A DNA stretch of 64,000 nt from Phallusia mammillata (lineage: Eukaryota), in assembly GCA_965637545.1 (NCBI GenBank), contig OZ281497.1, positions 15,252,001-15,316,000 on the forward strand, written 5' to 3'. Below the pieces are notes generated by a model. The model saw nothing but the letters and a program-made list of their open reading frames with translations, made no database searches and was not told the DNA's origin. This document shows, one piece after another, positions 60,064-64,000 of the stretch; within the stretch, counting starts at the first letter, position 1, and every line of letters starts with the position of its first letter. The translations under genes and the position numbers were made by a program.

Positions 60064-63000
60064 TTATGCGTTTGTTGGGTCAGTTTTAAACGCTTGTAAG
60101 TTTTCCGTTTTTCTGATTTGAAACTCGACGATACCTGCAAAAAATAGTTTCAAATGAGATGTGTGTGGTTGCTATGTTGGTTTCCAAAAAAATGCTGATA
60201 TTTACCGTATGTGGCAGCTGCCATGCATAGAAATGCAATATGCATGTAAATTTTGATTTGCATGCAAATGCTGGTGCTCCATGTGTACACAATAAAGTAA
60301 CCGAGATTAGTCACTACCGCCCAGCAATTGTATCCCTTGTCTGTGTCCTCTGGAAACACTTGTGGCACTATGGCTAAATCAAAGAAAAGTTAGGCTTGTG
60401 GGTTGTTAGGGGCAGAGTTGTAAGTTGGGCCGGGTTCGGGCTTAGGTTTCTCAAACAAACGGGCTTGATTCGGACCAACCAAAAACACTAACATGTCTCT
60501 TGTGTTTCTTGCCTTGTTTTTTTCTGAGGCTTTAATGTATAGGCCTTTCATACAAACTTTCAGTCCTAAACGGGTTTCTCAAAAACCATTCGGGTTGAGG
60601 CATGGGTTCAGGCTTGTACTTTTATGTTCGGGCCTAATTCCGGCTCCAATTTCATACCCGTTTACAACTTTGGTTAAGGGTTATAGTTTATGTCTTTATC
60701 GGTCATGATTGTCGATTACCTTTCAAAGCTTGATAATTTTCTGAATTATAACCAGGAAACACTATAGTTCTTTTGTTTTACCTGCAGTAAAAGTTTGATA
60801 AATTCCATCAACGAATCCAGAAACGCAAAGCATTCCATACATTAACCCGATACTTGAACTCTCGCTTGGAATCCAAAGCAAGGCGTACAAATATATTCCC
60901 ATGTTGATAACATATGCCAAGTAAATCGGGTAAACCCTGCCAAAATAAACAAACTTAGGCAATGTCACCCATCTGAAATGTTTTTGTATGTCGAAGTTTG
61001 TTTATTTACCTTCCAAATCTTATCATGACCTTTCCGCAAAGAAATGCACTGGTCATCGACACCCCTCCGTACATCGCCATGCATAGTCCGACCTTAAATA
61101 GCAAAGAAGATCTTATAGTGTTCTATTTGACGACATTTTTACTGTGAGCTTGGTGAATGGTCTTTCTTTATCATATAAGTTATGTATTGTTTTGTTATAT
61201 TTAGTCTGCATAACTAAAAAAGTACCTCTGCCACTCCGTAAACACAGGACACATAACTTCGTGTTATTTCGCTGGCGCTAAACGCAACGTTAAACCCGAG
61301 TTGTAAGTAGGGAAAAGTCAATAGCAATTGCCTTGGTCGAAGGTAGAACATCCAAAGCGCCTTTATGCCTTTTGCAGACTGGTTTATTCTCTCCCCGAAA
61401 CTGATTTGCTCTGCGTTGTCAGGTTCCTGCTCACATTCTTGTTTCTAGCAATTTGCAAACTGCTTGTTATATACACATAAATATTGGTATTACAAAATGT
61501 TTTGTAGCCAACATAAATGATATTTTTGATTAAGTACACTAAAACAGCGCGTGTTAATACTCATTTAAAAATGCAGTTTTTACAAAATATCTAAATTTTA
61601 CTTAAAATTTTTAATTACTTAATGCGGAACTTGTTTCGCTCTTCGCAAAAGCAGTTTTGTTAAAACCGTTAATACCTTAAGTCCTTTCGACTTATTTTCG
61701 TTGTTATTGTTATGAGATGCAACATCCTTATTGTTAGAAATATCAATGACATCATAATCTGATTTATCATTTCTTCTCTCATCTTCAACAATGTCACATT
61801 CACCAGGAAGATAAGCCTCATTAACAAATACTTCTAATGGTTTGTTTGCACAAACAACTTGCAAGTCACCTACAACAACATGAAATATGAGAATAAAGCC
61901 GAATAAATCTGAACCTTAGGATTTGAATCGGTTATACCTTCGCCAACGTTGGGTAGATAAATCACGTGTAAAACTAGACCAATCACAGTCAGCAGTGCAA
62001 AGATACCCATTACGCAATACAAAGCAGCTTGACTGGCCGGCTGGTACTGGGCACCGCTTGTAACCGAGCTGTCTTGACAGTCGTTTGCACCGCAGTAATC
62101 AGCGACACTAAACTGTCTATTGGAATAAGCATAAGTTAGAAACTTTGATTTTAGAAAGTGTTCAGAGATTAAACAAACGTTTGTTTGTTTAAAGAGCACT
62201 TTTGGATATTGAAACGGATAACCTGTTGGTGACCTGTTACAGGGGATTGGCAAATCAGAATAGTTTACAATTTAAAATTATTCTAGAATAAATAATACAA
62301 ATCCAGAATACCAAATCCAATTACATTGTTTACCGTTCTGTGTTGTGAACCAGTCAAGTTTTAGAAATAGGAACGTCTACTGGTCATGTGATGTTTACCT
62401 CAACAATTAACTAAATTACTGTTGTTTTTTTTGTGAGCAACACCTGAAAACATGTCATCCTGTGTGTTCCTAATTGCACAATCGTGGCGTGGGATTTTCT
62501 CAAACCGAAAACGCATGGATAGGTCTACAAACGCGATATCAACCGAGAATTCGATTCGTTCATGTTAGGGTTCGGAACCTTCTGGATTCCCTATTCTATA
62601 TTGCCCGTCCCTACCTGTACTTTTTGTGTAACTATGTGTTGGAACCGATGAAATATGTTAATTTTAAGCTTTAATTTTATTATACCAACAATATAAAGTC
62701 CTCATCTGATGTTGTTCGTTTATTATAGTTTTACCAAGTTTTTTTTTAATATTGTAATTTGTTTTATAACATTGAGTGTTTGTAAATTGTTGATAAAAAC
62801 TACTTACCCTCCAGTAATTGTTTCATTAACATCTATTGTTGAATTTCCAGTCAATTCCTGGGACTCCGATATCTTAAACACTATGAAGGAAATCATATTC
62901 CCTAAAAGCTGCAAACCCAACGCTACGTTAGCATATACACATTAACCTTAAAAATAAAACTTGCCATTCAGTTACCTGCGTTGACAAATATCCACTGTAA

Positions 63001-63767
63001 AAATATCCACTGATATAACCTATATAGTCAATCAGCCCTTTCTTGCCATACGAAAGGTAGCGATACCCGAAGTAGATGTTTATCTTGCTAACACATACCC
63101 AGAACAGGTTTATGCCAATGCCGCTTAATAGACTCGCTGGTATTAATGTGCCATAATCTGTGCAAGATTTTTTGTATTCAGTGCTTGTGTTACAGCTATT
63201 TCATATATGGTTTATTTGGTAAACTTTACTTGCCTGGGTAGAAGTTTGCGGCAACATAAAGTAAGAACGTTACATCTGCGATGAGAATTCCTTGTTTTGC
63301 GCGGACATAAGGCATTACCACTGGGGCAACCAACACCCCAAACAGCACAGATGTACCCATCATGACCGAAAGTGATGTAGTCCCTTAAATAATCAATTTT
63401 ATTGCAATCGATATACATAAGGATGTTGTATTACTTTACGCGGTGTTTGTAAAATATTAGAAGTTTTAATCAGAACATAATAATTAACAATGTGAGACTG
63501 CAGTCGGCCGCAAAACTTCAAAGTTCGTTTTATCAATAATCCTACAGCTAACAACTTTATTTACTTTACGGGTAACTTACCTAAACCGCCTTCGATGTTA
63601 AGACTCGATTGAAGATTGCGCAGAGCGTTATTCGCCGAAAATATCAAAACCATTCCGAAGATGTATATAATCATGGTAATTCTGGTTTTGTTACGCATCA
63701 ACCGATTAGACGGAAGCTCTTGCGTTTCCTCGGACTTGTCAGTCGTTTCAGTTTGGCGAGCCGTCAT
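60064..63767 (-). CDS. UNC93-family (UNC93A-like) major facilitator superfamily membrane protein
   Basis: Exons on the minus strand: 63767-63581, 63383-63234, 63157-62976, 62908-62808, 62233-62179, 62112-61938, 61869-61676, 61444-61226, 61092-61010, 60936-60782, 60373-60206, 60134-60064 (TAA); phases join. UNC93 hallmarks: F.A.N.L.NLQSSLN..GGLG.TSL, ANFYP.Y.TLIPAS.L.G, LLGNMIS..VF, CGANDC, GF..A...EITRSYVSC..G, G.VDGI.QT. Intron 2 has a GC donor. The 62178-62113 intron is inferred. Confidence 0.85.
60385..60710. repeat. Degenerate GGGTT/GGGCT-rich interspersed-repeat-like insert in an UNC93-like intron
   Basis: Repeated gggttcgggc / gttagg / gggttgagg / gggttcagg motifs make this segment GC-richer than the flanking intron. 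Its ends are not defined. Confidence 0.35.
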
Positions 63768-64000
63768 ACTTGTGTTTGATCTTTGCCTGAAATACATTTA
63801 CACAAACATTCTTAGAAGTGTGATCTACAAAGTAAAATCTACAAAGAGTAAAACACTTTTGTACCACCAAATGTTAAGCTTTTCGTTACTCTTACTAATA
63901 CTTATTGCATCTATGCGACCTACCTTTGCAACGACATAGTACATATGAATTACAAGAGTCTTTGAAAAATGCCTTGAGGTTAGCTTAGCCGCACTGTAAA

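Noticed and set aside
62909-62947. Acceptor at tttttaag| (plus coordinates ~62948) for the UNC93-like exon 4
   Set aside because: All three frames hit stops. The downstream tttgcag| acceptor (62909) restores STQ-LLGNMIS homology.
1-64000. Prokaryotic or viral systems (CRISPR arrays, defence operons, prophage) and TTG/GTG starts in the ORF track
   Set aside because: The window is spliceosomal-intron animal DNA. There are no regularly spaced repeat-spacer arrays, and the non-ATG ORF starts are artefacts of a bacterial-style ORF caller.

Overview
Eukaryotic, AT-rich, intron-containing animal DNA. Short introns (many 58-72 nt), compact gene spacing and splice acceptors just upstream of several start codons point to a tunicate (ascidian-like) genome; this is inference. 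I assembled seven protein-coding genes by hand from GT/GC-AG junctions with consistent phases: (1) the 3' part of a SVEP1/polydom orthologue (25 sushi modules + 3 EGF, +, to 12674); (2) intronless MRPS7 (+); (3) DPH5 (+, with a GC-AG intron); (4) intronless CFAP119/CCDC189 (-); (5) an RFX1/2/3 transcription factor (+) head-to-head with CFAP119, with several candidate alternative 5' exons; (6) an Erbin/Densin-type LAP protein (+; LRR, LAPSD, long low-complexity region, one PDZ); (7) an UNC93-family MFS protein (-, with a GC-AG intron). Repeats include three hAT MITEs with 8-bp TSDs, two long inverted-repeat structures, another MITE, a Helentron/pearl-like tandem-core element and a SINE-like fragment. 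There are no prokaryotic systems, CRISPR arrays, rRNA or complete tRNA genes. The best leads are: the RFX-CFAP119 divergent promoter with X-box-like sites plus an intronic X-box cluster; a 433-codon symmetric cassette exon placed just before the palmitoylation-type CxC of the LAP protein; polybasic convertase-type loops inserted inside SVEP1 sushi domains; and a possible MRPS7-DPH5 operon. I found no clearly new biological system, and all family assignments come from remembered sequence similarity, not database searches.
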